Part shown: positions 34,034-47,628 of the stretch, piece by piece
Position numbering within the stretch: the first letter of the stretch is position 1
Layout of the letters: the number at the start of each line of letters is the position of its first letter
From: Vitrella brassicaformis CCMP3155
Lineage: Eukaryota; Protista; Chromerida
DNA: 48,396 nt
Reading direction: 5' to 3'
NCBI GenBank assembly: GCA_001179505.1
Contig: CDMY01000577.1
Location: 1-48,396 of the forward strand
The notes under the pieces: generated by a model
What the model saw: the letters and a program-made list of their open reading frames with translations, nothing else
The model's database searches: none
Told to the model about the DNA's origin: nothing
Program-made: the position numbers and the translations under genes

Positions 34034-35670
34034 CTACAGGCAGACCAAGCACACACACAACCACACCTTTGCCACACGGACGTCTCCAGTATATGCAGGC
34101 CGCTGCTCACCGAGTCGTACGCCCTCGAATGTCCCCCCCATTTCCTCTGTCGTCGCCTCCCGTCGACGGAACCCCAGTCCATCGCAGAGCTGCCCCACAC
34201 TCTCCCTCGCCTTGACTTGCTGACGCAGCTCATCCATCATGCGCCCGGCATCCTCTAGCGCCCTCTCACTGTCACCCACACTGAGGGACGCCTTACTCCT
34301 ATGCGCCGATGCTCCTTTCGCCTTGACGGGCATCGTCATCAACTGCCGCCAGAACTCGTCAGCGAGCTCCTTGGCCTCGATCGAGCCGTGCGTGCCCTCC
34401 GAAAAGGCCTTGTGCGCCCCCATGCCGTGCACCACCCATGCCCTCCTCCCTTGATCATACGACACGCCCTCGGGGACGCTGCCGTGCGACGCAGGCGCCC
34501 GCTTGAATGGTGATAGCGTTGTGCGGCGGATTGGCTTGGCCGCCTTCCTGCTGGTGCTGCTGCTGGTGGCGCGTGACGTGAGGGACTGCCGTCGGCTTCT
34601 GCTCTGTGTGGTGGGGCGAGTCGGGTCGTAGAAGAGTGGCACAGGGGGGAGGGAGTAGGACGAGGGTGAGATGAGTGCTGGGGGGTTGGCGCCTGTATGG
34701 TGGATGGGGTTGCGGGAAACGGGGAGAGCTGAGAGAAGATAAACCACACGTGAGAGCCAGTCGTGAGAGCCCCGTGGATCTTGCCCTGTTCACCTTTGAT
34801 AGTATTCTCCCAGGCCTCTTGTCTCTCGCGCACAAATGCCTCGGCTTGTTCTTTGGCCGTGTCGCTCCCTCCTTCTTGGCTCACAGGGACCTCCAGCACC
34901 CTCAGATACCCGCCACACCGCCACACAGCCCGCCAGCACTTCTTGTCTTCATCATACACCACGCCGGTCGTTTGATGGCTACTCGCCGGCTCCGGCGTTT
35001 CGCCCTGCGTGGTGCGGATCTCCTCGCAGAAGGCCATGGCTTGCTTCTTGGCGCGTTCGGAGCCTCTGTGGCGGCTTCTGTGAGTACACACACACGCATG
35101 TGTCGCTGCGTGTGTGCATATGGAGGTGTGATGGTTGTGGCTGACCTGAAATGTCGCGTGGTTAGTCGTCCGGCGCCGTCGAGATGGATGACGGCCCAGC
35201 CCACGTGGATGGGGTCAGGGTTGAACTCGACGCGGGGCAGGTGGCCAGGCCGGCCGAGGTACCCACCTGACATGACGAGTGCCTGCTTAGCTTATTCTCA
35301 TCCATCTTGTGCACCTGTCTGCTTGTTCCTGCCCGGTTGTTTTTGGTCGCTGTCAGAATTGGTGTGAATGGACTCGGCCTTCATATCCCTATTGTCGTCA
35401 CGCCCATCCCTCGCCAACGGCAACGAACCATCACCCACGGCACATACACCTAAAGACGAAGGCATTTCGACGTGTGATTGATCATTGTTCATACTTCCCA
35501 TCCCACTCACCTTGTCCCACGCCTTTGACCGTCTCGAGCCGCGGCGTGGCCAAGGCAGGTCGCTTCCGGGGCCGCTTTGGCGACGCCTTGCCGGTGTGCC
35601 CATCGTCTTTGTGTAAGCTCTGGTCGGTTGGCCTGAGCCGGGCGTCGCTGGGGTCGCCTCCCTCTACCAT
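34034..35670 (-). CDS. ApiAP2-type transcription factor with three divergent AP2-like domains (gene ends uncertain; may extend to ~33060 and ~36480)
   Basis: LPRVEFNP...WAVIHLDGAGRLTTRHF-RSRHRGSERAKKQAMAF; TGVVYDEDKKCWRAVWR...GGSDTAKEQAEAF; EGVSYDQGRRAWVV...KAFSEGTHGSIEAKELADEF. NLS-like PKRPRKRP upstream. Confidence 0.7.
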
Positions 35671-36494
35671 TGAGTCGGTGCTGTCAGGCGATTTTGATAA
35701 AGGTGCAACCTCATCAGTCCGTCAAACCAGCTGACGCAGATCACACGCGAAAACAGTGGATATCACAGGAATATGCGGGTGCATCTCTTTCCTTCTTACT
35801 CACCTCACCTGCATGTGGTGCGCGACTTCTGCGTGGCAGCAAGGCAGCAGAGGACGGTGACAAAAGGAGCGAATTGAGGTGCGGCACCGATGAGAGATCT
35901 GAATCAGCTCCGCCCCACATTGCGAGGTCACCACGACTCGACCCTAACCCACAAGTAGACTCATCGCAGGGGCGTGATTGCTGCCGCCTTTGCGGTTTGA
36001 TAGCTTCTGGCTGGTTTCCGTCGCCAGCACACGTGGACAGCACACGTGGACTGATCCGCCATGGACGTCAGTGAGGTGAGTTTTCTTGATGGCTCACAAG
36101 GCATGCAGGGCAGAGGATGGATGATACACGAGCACTAAAGAGAGAATCCAGACGGAGAAAGGCCTTCACTGCTTGCTCTGTGTGTTGCTCGGCATTCCCT
36201 GTAGCTTGTTGTTGCGAACGCGCAGGCTGTGAAAGACAGGGTACGCCACACGACGCCATTTCCTTGCCGCTTCTTCGGCTGCACAGTGGTGCTGTGTGTG
36301 TTGTATGTTGTGTGAATAGATCATAGCACAGCTGTCGCGCCTTCTTGAGCAAGACGCCGCCAGCATCGCTGCACCGGTGGGTCAAACTCACTGGCGGATA
36401 AACATGCCGGTCACTGTGCGGTCCTTTGATTGCTTCATCTGACCTTAAGGCGTCGTCTCCTGAGGCATGGGTGCTCAATTATCAGCTGGGCTCG

Positions 36495-39007
36495 ATGGCC
36501 TCCCTGCTGAATGCACTCACCACGCAGCTGGAGCAGGGAGAGCCCGGCCTGGCCGGTGCTGTGGATGCACTCACACCGACCACGGAGGCTGCTGCTGCGG
36601 CGGGCCCTCAACACCCAGAGGCACAGGTGAGATGAAGCAGCGGGTGACCGGCCATCGTTACGCAGGGATCTCTCCATCCTGCATTGCTGTGGTGGTGTTG
36701 TAGGCTCCCGTAGTCGCCGGCCCATCATATCGTTTGATCCATCAAAGCGGCACTCCTCCCCCCATCCACCAAGGACCGGTCAGTCCGACACCATGACAGA
36801 TCTGATACATCGAAACCATCCCGACCTTACTTTGATGTCACGTCGATTGCCACATCAGGCCCGTCGTTGGCTGTCCCGCGACGAGTTGGCCAATGCCTTC
36901 GGCCATCTGCAGCCCTGGGAGCTGACGCGCTACCGCCGGCCCCTCGGCACGCCCCTCTTCCATCAGTCGGCCGCCAACTACACCCACCTGGTCATCGACT
37001 GTGAGGACGACACGGCACGGCGCATGTGGGAGGCCATGCCGCTGGCCGTGGCACACATATGGGGCGAGAGGGCGACCAGCATCCGAGAGATCAAGCACCG
37101 CCACCCCAGGGGGCAAGAGAGCTGGTGTCGCGGCACCTGGGTGGCCGTGGTGGAGGGTCACGGGCGGGGCCGGGCGGCCAATGCAGAGAAGAAACGACGG
37201 GAGAGGGCGGGAGGGGAGGGGGCAGCTGCCGCTGCTGCGGTGGGGCAAGATGATGACGGAGGCCGGTCGGCTGACCAGGGCACATTGGAGATGCTGTTAT
37301 TCGAGGCCGTCAAGCTCCATGACAGCATTGACATGCCCGACTCTATCCCCTCATCTGATCTGCCCCCCGCCCCCACCGCCCCCACCGCCCCCATTCACTT
37401 GCCCGCACTCACGACGATCGACAGCATCCCCAGTGACCACTGCCTGTGGGCACGTGTGGGCCGCCAGTGGCACACACCCGCTGTCAAGACCCTCACCATC
37501 CGAGGCGGCATTGGTGAAGAAGATGTGGAGGGCGCGAGGTCATGGCTGGCCGACTGCGCCGACATAGAGGTGCTGCACCTCAGCAGTTGCGTTATTGACG
37601 GAGGGGACGCAGACGACGTGGCCGGCATGCTGAGTGTGCTGCCCGCCGACGGGAAGTCACTCGCGGCGCTTCGCACACTGCGCGGCGTCGACGTCGAGAT
37701 GTATGACAGAGACCCCGCCGCCATCGACAGGCTGCGTGAGGTGATGGTGGCGAGGGGCGTCAGCCGGTCCATTCGTGAGCTCGAGATCGACATGAGGTCG
37801 ATGGGGAGCACTCCACATGATGTCGAGCGGTGCCAGAGCGTTGCACGGCTCATGTAAGGACACACACACACAGACAGACAGAGAGAGGGAGGGGGGGAGG
37901 GAGAGGGGCTGCAGAGAGACGGTGCAATTCATTCCTGTGCTTTGCCTTCGATCAGTGACGCCATTGCTCATCCCGAGGCAGTGAAGAAGGGCGTCTTCAC
38001 ACTCTGCCACGACGGCACGTGTGGAGAGATTGACGAGGCGCTCCTCTCGCGCAGCAGCACCGGCCCCGCCGCCACCCAGCAGCTCATTCGCGACTTCGCT
38101 AAGAGAGCCGGCACCGTGATGTACCTCGTCGACGACGACGCCGTCCCTGCAACCATCACCGACGCCTCATTCCCCGCCGCGCACACACTGTCGCCCTCGC
38201 CAATGAGGCCAAGAAGAAGCGGGCGGTCGAGATCGCCTCCAACATGCCCAACCTGTCGCGCATCGAGACAGATGTCGCCCCTGTTCGTGAGATGTGGCGG
38301 TTCCTCGAGCAGCTGCAGGCGGCGCTGGTCAGCCGGGGGCGGGAGAGGAGCCTGTCAGTGCATTATCGTCCGTTGGCAAACGCATTCGTGGAGCCGGTGC
38401 ACACTGTCCGGAGCCCCTGTCTGTGGGGGCGGGACACCAACGACAAGCTGCCGCCATAAAGGAAGTGACGGTCACCGTGTTCGGTAAGGGGGGAGGGGAG
38501 TGCAAAGGGGAGAACCAGCAGCCATGGCGTCTGTGTGTGGGTTGTGTTCAATCACTGTAGGCGGTGTAGAGGATGACCAGTTGGAGCAGTTTTACGACAA
38601 CGTGATGGCCTCTGTGGCGTCATTCAGCAACGAGCTCAAGGTGCGCCGCACACCACACCACACAAAGACAGCTGCCGGGCGATGTGTGTGTGCTGCCCAC
38701 TGTCCGGTCGGTTTGAATGGGTGACAGGGCCACAGGAAGACCTGTGTGAGGTTGCTCTGCGATGCCCTGCGCACCGACTTCAAGCGGCGCTTCATGGCGC
38801 AGCAGGCGAACCTCAACCTCAGCGGCGGGCCCTACAAGCTCAGCCTCGAAGCCGACGGGCTGTGTGTCGAGCGCCGCAATGCCGCCACAGGTAGGACACA
38901 CATCACACACACCACACCACCCGCCACAGCGTGCCTTCAGTGTCTGTCTGTCTGGCCGTGTGTGTCGCCCGTCAGATGGTCACTCGGCGGCCCATGAAGG
39001 CTGCTGA
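36495..39007 (+). pseudogene. Lineage-specific (Vitrella-type) family gene with two apparent -1 frameshifts; probable pseudogene or assembly error
   Basis: Motifs WLSRDELANAFGHLQPWEL, WCRGTWVAVVEGHGRGR and FMAQQANLNLSGGPYKLSL. Protein-like reading switches frame at ~38195 (FPAAHTL to LANEAKKKRAVEIASNMP) and at ~38455 (KLPP-stop to IKEVTVTV). Confidence 0.6.
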
Positions 39008-39676
39008 GACAGCCGCGATGCATGCTGGTGTGAGAGAACACCTTGACGGTGTGCAGCGTAGAGCGGTGGGGTGGGAGACAGCTAGATGAGTGAGTGGCTG
39101 GTTAGCGGGAAGAGCTGGCTTCCCTCGCAGCCACCACGGCCCACTGTGGTTGGCTGTGCGGTACGTTGCTGTGGGTGTGCTGAGAACTTCATGCGTGTGC
39201 ATGTCGATGGTGCATACACACATACCTGACTGAGTGGCTGCGACTTAATGCCTGACAGGTCTACATATGGCGTGGCGTCTGTGCAGCTATGCATCACACC
39301 ACCCAGATCAATTCCCTCCCCGGTCACCCAGTCAGTATGTGTGTGTATCAACAAGCAAGAAAATGGCCATTCATCCAGCCAGCCAATTACATAGATGGAT
39401 GAAAATGCATGGCCACACAGGCAGACAGTCATTCCATCTATCTCCTGCCCTGCACTGCCCTGCCAGTCTACACACAGAGACAGCCTCCCTGCTTGTCCTT
39501 CCCTGTTGGCTACGCATCGCGTCAGCCGACGAGTGCACATCACATCACATCCATGCAGCCAGTCCATATCAGTGTGTGTGTGTGGTATGCATTGTCCCCG
39601 CGGCAGGCCATCTACACTACTCACGGTGGCAAATCCATCTACGGCTCCGTGTGTGTGTGCGTCTTCATTCGTTCAA

Positions 39677-42482
39677 TCATCGCTCCACCGGTCGGTATGT
39701 GCCGCGAGTGCCCCTGTTCCGGCCGGCCGACCGGCCCCCCGACCCGCCACGCCACTCGTCTAAGCTGTGCAGCGGACTGGAATCAGCCTTGGCTGCACAA
39801 ACCAACACGCACAGAGGGACACATGAGTGTGCAGAGGAGAGGTGTGTGAGGGGTGGGTGTGAACGTTGCGTTGCGTACGTGTGTCTCTGAATGGCTCGTT
39901 GAGTTGTCTCCTGTACTCTTGGTAGGCGTCGAGGTCGTCGTACCGGCGGCCATCGCTAGGCGACACGGAATGCAGATACGCAATCCAGGACGTCTGATGT
40001 ATTTATTGCAAGGAGGGAGGCAAGACAACACACCCATGGCATCCCACGCCACGTCAGGCACACTCTTTGTTGTGTGTGTATAGGAACGAACGCACCAGCA
40101 GTTGTGTGTTGACGATCATCTCGTGGAAGAATCCGGTCTCGTAGGTCGGAATCGGCTGAATCGTGCTGCATTAGTCAATCCATAACCAACACATCCGACG
40201 TCATACTCGTGTGGGTTTGCCTGTTCTGATTGCATGTCGGTTATCCGTACCGTTTGGTCATGGCGAGTGGTTTGAGCGCTGCCTCCATCATGGCCAGCAG
40301 CGAGTGCAGCAGCTCCTCGGGCCACTTGGTCCACACCGCAACCGACTGACCCAGCCATCAACGCGCAATTCATCAACGACAAATGGAGCGAACGAACAGT
40401 GCAGACACCGACCCACCGCACCTGTTTCTTCTTGGAGCATGTGATTTCGATGCACCACGGCAGCCCGTCCGGCAGTTTGTTGCCCGGATGACCCTTGCCG
40501 TCACGGCTCGACAACCTACCAGTCCAGTCAGCATTCCATCCCCACACATAACATGTGAGGGCGTGGCTTTGGTGAGTGATGATGTGTGTGTCATATGGTG
40601 TGCGGAGTAGAGACCACCCACCCCACCTGTGTGTGAGTATGATGGTGATGCCCTTGGAGGGAGGCGGCTCCGTGTCCAAATCCAATCGCTCGGCCAACTG
40701 GGGAATGCAATGCGACTCCATAAAGTAAAGTCACGTGTGGATGGCTGAGGGAATGTGCGTATGTGCGTACCAGGCATCCCTCGACGACCTTCCAGTAGCG
40801 CAGCACCGTCGTGATAGCCGCGACCAATGGAATGCCCAACGCTGTGTGATGCGATGCACCCACACATACACACACATTTACAGACAAATCAAGTGCACAC
40901 CTCCTTTCGTTTGCCCGCCTTCTGCTGTTCCGTCCTCGTTGTGTCGATCGACTGCCTTACTTACTTCCAGCTTTGTATTCGCGTGTGTTGATGGGCGTGC
41001 CCTCCGCCAGCTCCTTAGCCGAGCACGACGCCAGACGGGACGGCCAGTCACTCACAGGCACGTCACCTGTCATGCATGACACACACACACGACACACGAC
41101 ACACACGTGTGACATGACAACCTAAGCTGCACCCGTATGTGCGTATGTGTGCAGTGAGTGCACTCACAGCGGTCGATGTACTGCCGCATCACCGGAAGGT
41201 TGTTCCTGAACATCACATTAACCACGCACAGCATCAATCAGATCATCCTATCCGCTCATTCATTCCCTTTGGCTGTCTTCTCCCTGCCACCCCACTTACT
41301 CGTCGAGAAACTGGTCGTACGTGGGATGTTTGCCCACCGCTGCGCCATACGCTATGCCGCCAGGGGGCGCTATGGCTGTTGGACACACAACACATGACGC
41401 ACAGAAACAAAGGCAACCACGCGTGAATGAGGCCGGGCGGGGTGGGGTGTCCGCTTTGCTCTGACGAGTTGGTCACCTCACCTGGTGCGAATGCCGATCC
41501 AGGGGGCATCTCGTGTGTGGGGCTGCCGCGACTGGTCGCACTCTGGAACATCCATCGCATCGACAGGTGCGGTGCAGAGAGGGATGGACACGTCACACGT
41601 ATCGATGGAGGCAGGTGGGTATGCCGACTGACTGACCTTGGCGCTGGCTTCGCTGCTGCTGCTGGCGCCCTTGGGCGTGACGAACTCTACATACTTGAGG
41701 CGAGACGACAAATCCGCCTTCCTCAAGGTGCTGACAGACGAACAAATGACACACATACATTGCCAGACAGTGTCTTGCTGTGCGAGCCTTCGAGTGAGGG
41801 TGCATACGTTGTGGTACGCAGGTGGTCGAACCAGGATTGCTGTATGAAGACACACAACATGTAGACAGGGAGTTGTGTGTGTGTGTGTGTGTGTATGGAC
41901 AGCTCGAGGCATATGAGTGTGTTTAGACTACTCGCATACCATGAGTTTGGTGTTGATGATGAAATTGGCGAAGAAGACGGCCTCGTACGTGTCGCACGGA
42001 TGCAGACACTTCCGACCCATCGGCTACACACACACACACACAAATGGAGGGATGGATGGATGGATGGATCGGTGAGTGTGTGTGACCCTGGTCATGGTGC
42101 GAGTGAGATGTCTGACCTTAAACAGGGCTACGATCATCGCTAGGAGGGTGCGCAGGTCATCACACGACCACGACGTCAGCACGGCTATGCACTGACACAC
42201 GCAATCACACATCACATCCACACACACATTTTCGGGCAATGTCAGTACCTGTTTCTTGACGTAGCAGGTGACAGCAACGGTCCAGACGCTGCCGGGGTCA
42301 TCATCCCACGCACGGCTGGCCGCAGGGATGCGATACCTGCACAGCACACAGACGGACATGTCGTCGATGAAGGTACCCACGTATCTGAGTGAGTGAGTGT
42401 GTGTCGGTGCTGTGCTGACTTGTCCATCATGTGCAGCTCGATCTTCTCCGCATCGATGCTCTCACACGGACCAATCTACACA

Positions 42483-42516
<34 letters not shown>

Positions 42517-43746
42517 CGAGGAGTGCTGGCGTGACCTTAAGCAGCCAGCCTCCATAAAGATGCCCGTACCCAGACTCTGGATGCGATGCGCCAGAACTTG
42601 AGGACGCCACACAGTGTGGACAGGAAGGGCATCTCTGAACCCTTCTCCTTCCGGGACACTGGCACTACACATACACACACAGACACAGACACATGGCATG
42701 GGCGTGTGTGCGCCTCTCTGTGCGTGTGAGTGTGTGTACTCTTACCCCTGTTGGTCGGTTCGTATTCGTTTGGCAGGTCGGGCATGTTGGGGGCTTCCTC
42801 AGTCACCAGACGAGACGCCCAGTCCGTCATCGATATGTCAATGTCCGCTGACACACACACACACACACACATAGAGAGAGAGAGGGAGAGAGAGAGAGAG
42901 ACGTAACGTGGATTGCGTGTCAACAAGCGCGTGGTACACACATGGACCTACCTGCGTGGATGTCTGTCGTGACGGTGGCTGAGTCCTCCTCCGTGTAGTA
43001 CTTCCGCGGCAACTCACCCGTGTCGCTGCACAGCACAGCACAGCACAGGACACACATCACGATGCAGACAGACATATCCACGTCACGTACGCTCCCATGT
43101 GTTGTGGGTTGGATGGAGCACTTACACGTCCTTGGCGGCGCCACTTAGATGCGCGGCAGATGACGACCGGGAGGGCTCTGAGAACATATGCGATGAATGA
43201 ATGGATGTGATGCCCCCCTGTCTCCGTGCGTGTCCGGCTGACCCAGCTCTTCTGGTTGTTGCTGCTGCTGCTGTGTGTAGTTGTCGTGTGGTTGATCTTC
43301 CTCACCCTCGACGATCTCGTCTGGCTCGGGACGCAGGATGTTCTCATTCGCATATGCCGTCATGGCTGACATGCACACACGCGCAGAATACACCGAGAGG
43401 CGTAGATACATGTCATGTGCTGCAATGCATTGCATGTGGGGGAGTGGGGTGTGGTGTGCTTTCATACTTGCGCCTCGCATCGGTGAGGACAGTTGCACGT
43501 CGCGGTCTGGCAGGTAGTGGCACACACAAGGAAGCAGACAGATTTGGTGGGTGCATATAACTAATTTATGTGGGCCCCCTGTCCGTGCTGTCAACGTAAC
43601 GTACCAATGGCAGCTTCGATGAGGTTGGCGATGGTGTGTCGGTCCATGGTGAGAATCTCAGACTGCCAGCCACGACGGGTCAACGGGAACGCCTTGACAC
43701 GCACCAGAAGGAGACACATGGATGGATGGATGGATGTGTGTGTAAG

Positions 43747-43781
<35 letters not shown>

Positions 43782-45498
43782 ACCACTTGTTTATCGTCCA
43801 TGATGTGTTTGATGGTGTCGAAGCTCATCATGTCCACCAGCCGCACAAACTCGTCGATCTTGACGATCTTGCCGCACTCTGCACCGCACCCAAACACACG
43901 ACACACACAGGGACACGTCTGTCTGTGCCTGTGTTGTTCCCTGCTGCTGACTGACTGACTGACTGACCGGCCTTTGCCTCTTCCCAGAGGTTGAAGACGA
44001 CGTTTGGGTCACGCCGCTGCACCTCACCCAACACACGCGATAACTCCTCACTGATTGCACACATCACACAGAGAGAGAGAGACATACAGATCCATTGGCT
44101 TGGCTTGACAACAAGGAAGGAGTATGTGTGGTGTGGATGGATGTGCTGTGCACCCCGCCCGCACCGGTCTCGGTAAGGGAAGCTCTTGGCCTCGCACTCG
44201 TCAGGAATCGTATTGACCTGTTCATGCCCATCAAAGCGTTTGCCTCATCTTGCGAAAGTCACGGGTGTGGTGTTTGTGTGCATTTGTACGAGCAGTCGCC
44301 AGTCGATGGGCATGTCGACGAGCATGTCGGCCAAACGCGAGAGCAACGTCGCCAGCTCCGATGCACTCACGTCACCTGCACACACACACACAGAGAGAGC
44401 GAAGGATGAGACGAGGCAACGGAGGCATGGTTTGTTGACATGCCTCGATCGTACCCAGATGCATTTCGTCCTCTGGCTGCTGCCCTGTCCCGGAGCTGCT
44501 GGCTGCTGCAGCAGCGGCCGCCGCCGGGGCTGAGCTATCAGCCGCCTGAAAGCACACTCACGCATAGCATAGGCACTCCCCCATGCCATGCGAGCGATTT
44601 CGTGGCCGCCACCCCACCCACCTCCTTGTGCTGGTCTTTCTTTCTGTCTTTTTTCTTTTTCTCCTTTTGCTGCTGCTGCTGCTGGTGCTGTGCCTCTTGC
44701 TCCTTCAGCCGCTCCTGGGAAGTCTGCCAGGGCTTCAGACCCCTGTCCTCATTCTCCTGTGGGCATAAAGGAAATGAATGCATGACACGACGCGCATCGC
44801 ATCGCATCCATGGCATGGCATGGGAACCATCCATATACCCGGCTGGCTGGCTGTTTGCATTCAGTTGTGTAGGTGTGTACGGTGTGTATCGGTCGGGTCG
44901 GGTCGGCTGACCTTACCTTGTCGCGTTTAGCGTCCGCTATGTTGTTGATGGATATTTGCGGCAGGGGGATCTTCTCCTTGGCCAAGTAATCGCGGATGCA
45001 CTGACACCGAAGCCGACTCGTCTCGACCAACTTCCTGCATTGCACACAATGAATGCAACACACGCACACACACACACACACACACACCTGCGCTCATGGG
45101 ATGGGTCGAGTCGGTGCGTGTGTTGGTTTCAGCCGTGCTTACCATCCGATGATCTCTTCAAATTCCCTCCTCTGCTCTCCAACAATGTTCTCGGCGGGAT
45201 TCCGACGACCCGCCTTCTCATACTGAATATATCACAGCAAATGACCATACAACAAAACGCACACACACGGCATGAGTGGACGTCACAGCAACGCCCAGGT
45301 GTGGTTGTCAGTCAGGCAGATCTGTGTGCGGCAGCCAGCCGTCCATACTATTCTTCCCATCCTGCCGTGATCTTTTTTGTTTCTCACCGCTTTCTGGACG
45401 AGGGCAGACAGGTCGTCGGTGTCAGTGTTGTCGGCGCCGTCTGGATTGTACAGCCCTGACGCATCGTAGTAGGTCCCGTTGGAGCGCAGCTGAGCCAT
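39677..45498 (-). CDS. Large multi-exon protein of unknown function with two tandem copies of an unnamed ~200-aa domain
   Basis: About 25 short GT-AG-bounded exons read in sequence from MAQLRSNGTYYDASG to ...TYRPVER-stop. The two halves align (DW.SRL, VL.[FY]W, TC..KKQ, LLAM, TYE..FF, NT.L..SW). Confidence 0.7.
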
Positions 45499-45771
45499 GG
45501 CGCACAACCAGGAGCTGGTAGATGGATGGGACCACGGACCTCACGGAGTCATCCGCGAGGGACTCCGTTTTTTTACGGAAGAAGATCGCCGGTTCCAGCG
45601 GATAAGGCTAGAGAAAGTGTCGGTGAAACCCTGCCTGCCTGCGAGGGATTGGCATCGCTTCCTCTCGCCATCGTCGGTGTGTGCGTCCATCGCCCATTCT
45701 CACATGAGCTCGTCGTCGGCCGCGCAGCAGCAGGTAGTGTCGGCCAAGGACTACCCGGAACAGACAGAAAG

Positions 45772-47628
45772 ATGACGATGGCATCGTCGAGCTCTTCCGG
45801 GCAAATGACTCATCCACAGGTGAGAGCAGAACGGCACACGACCGAACAGCACAGACGCGCACGGCTGATGTGTCCCGCAGGCGGCTGTCGGTGCATCGCC
45901 GTGTCGGTATGGTGTGGGCAGCCGCGTGCTGATGGTGTCGGAGCGGAGAAGGGACGAAAAGTTCCAGTGGATGGAGGCCGAGGTGTACAAAATGGAGCCG
46001 GCCGAGGGCGGGACGCGGGTGTGCATCCGGGAGGTGGGTGGGATGAATGAGGAGTTTGAGCCGGTCGTGGTGCCCCACACCACAGCAGCATTCCAACAAC
46101 TCGCTGACCTACACGCGGTAGGCACACACACACAGGACAGGCAGGGAGAGAGAGGGGGTAGAATGGGAGCCGTGTGGCATCAAGGCGTGCACACATCCTT
46201 GTATGTGTGTGACTGTGCGTGTCATCAGGGAGGCCATGGGTTCCATTGCTTCGACCATACTCCCCCGCAGCATCTCATCCCTCTGCAAACCGTGGATGAG
46301 GTAGGCCTATTATACAGAGAAGCGGAAGTGACATCTGGCGGGTAATGTGCCGTTTCCCTGGGTGTGCAGGTTGATGCGGAGCGTTTCTGTGTGGACCCGA
46401 GCATCAAGCCGCACGATGCCAAGGACCCGCTGTCCTTTCTGTCCCTGCCGCCCTCCTTCATGCCCCCCCTCCCCACCGACATCATCACCACCACACTCCT
46501 CCCCCTGTGTGGCGGGCGAGAGAACCTCGCACTCAAGCTCAAGAGCACCCTCTGCTGCACATCCACTGAGGTCGGCAACGCTATCGGCTCCGCTGCGGTG
46601 TCGGCCATCGACAGCATCATTGAGAAGAACGGCCTCACGGGAGCCATCGGCTGTCGCCCTCTCCGTCGGCACCTGCAGCGGCAGCCGGGTCGGGCGATGG
46701 ACGTGTGTCGTCCATTCCGGCTGATCCGGCTGCACTACCTGATGGTGACGGGGGGCCACTGGCGGGGCAACGTGCCGCTGCTGCGGCTGGCCAAGAGCTG
46801 CGGGAAGATCCAGCAGCTGCCCATCGAGCTGACCAATGACGACCTGCAGCACGTGGGCAGCAAAGCCGTCATCGACAGCCGCCCAGAGGCCATCCGCCAG
46901 TACAGCCTCTACGCCCATCGACTGGGCCACAACATGCGGCTGACGCGCAGGGCCGACGGGCTGGAAGAGATGGACGGGTATGAGGTGACGGTGCACACAC
47001 GACGGACGGTGCCGGATGAATATCGAAATCGCTTCGATGCCACCAATCCCCCGTGCCGACGTGAGAGAGGGGAGGGCAAAGCACCACAGAAGAGCCAACT
47101 TGACATGGATGGTGTCTGCCGTCTGTTTGTGTGTCTGCAGACGGTGTTTCGACTACGGCAGCTTCAGAGGACTGGTCATCAAGAGGTATGCAGCGACACA
47201 AATGAGAGAAGACAACACACCAATGTGTTATGTTGTCTGCCTTTTCCGCTCCATGCTCTTTCAGGATGGCATTGCTGTCGTCGCGTCAGGTGTCGTATCA
47301 GTCCTGGCGTCCGTCCCCTGCCAAGTGTCGTCGCATCTCCGACCTGGTGGCCCAGCCACCGCCCCTGTGGGACGGCTGCCGCACCATCGACTACACCATC
47401 TTCGGCGACCCACGCCGACTCGTCATCTTGCATGGCGAGGAAGAGGGTGACGAGTTCGCGGCATGCATCGAGATGATCAAGTACCCTAGTGGGTCGGCAG
47501 ACATCTCCCTCTACACCACCGAGGCGCCCCGGCAGGGCGTCAGGCCCACAACAAGATGGACAGCCCCTCCCTGGAGCTGCTGCCAGACATCTGACATTAC
47601 GCGTCAGGTGCGCACACGACACACATGA
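45772..47628 (+). CDS. Lineage-specific expanded-family protein related to the 17.7-22 kb paralogues, with a possible Tudor/SH3-like N-terminal module
   Basis: Exon 2 YGVGSRVLMV...WMEAEVYKM. Main exon contains LLRLAKSCGKIQQLPIELTNDDL, and a late TTEAP motif is shared with paralogues A and B. Confidence 0.65.

Noticed and set aside
32124-36480. HydA hydrogenase next to the maturases
   Set aside because: No L1-L3 H-cluster motifs (TSCCP, MPC..K..E, ExMxCxxGCxxG) were found in any readable exon of the window.
45497-45775. + strand ORF whose ATG overlaps the minus-strand ATG in ccatgg
   Set aside because: No recognisable protein features; the overlap is explained by the palindromic hexamer, and a better start lies at 45772.
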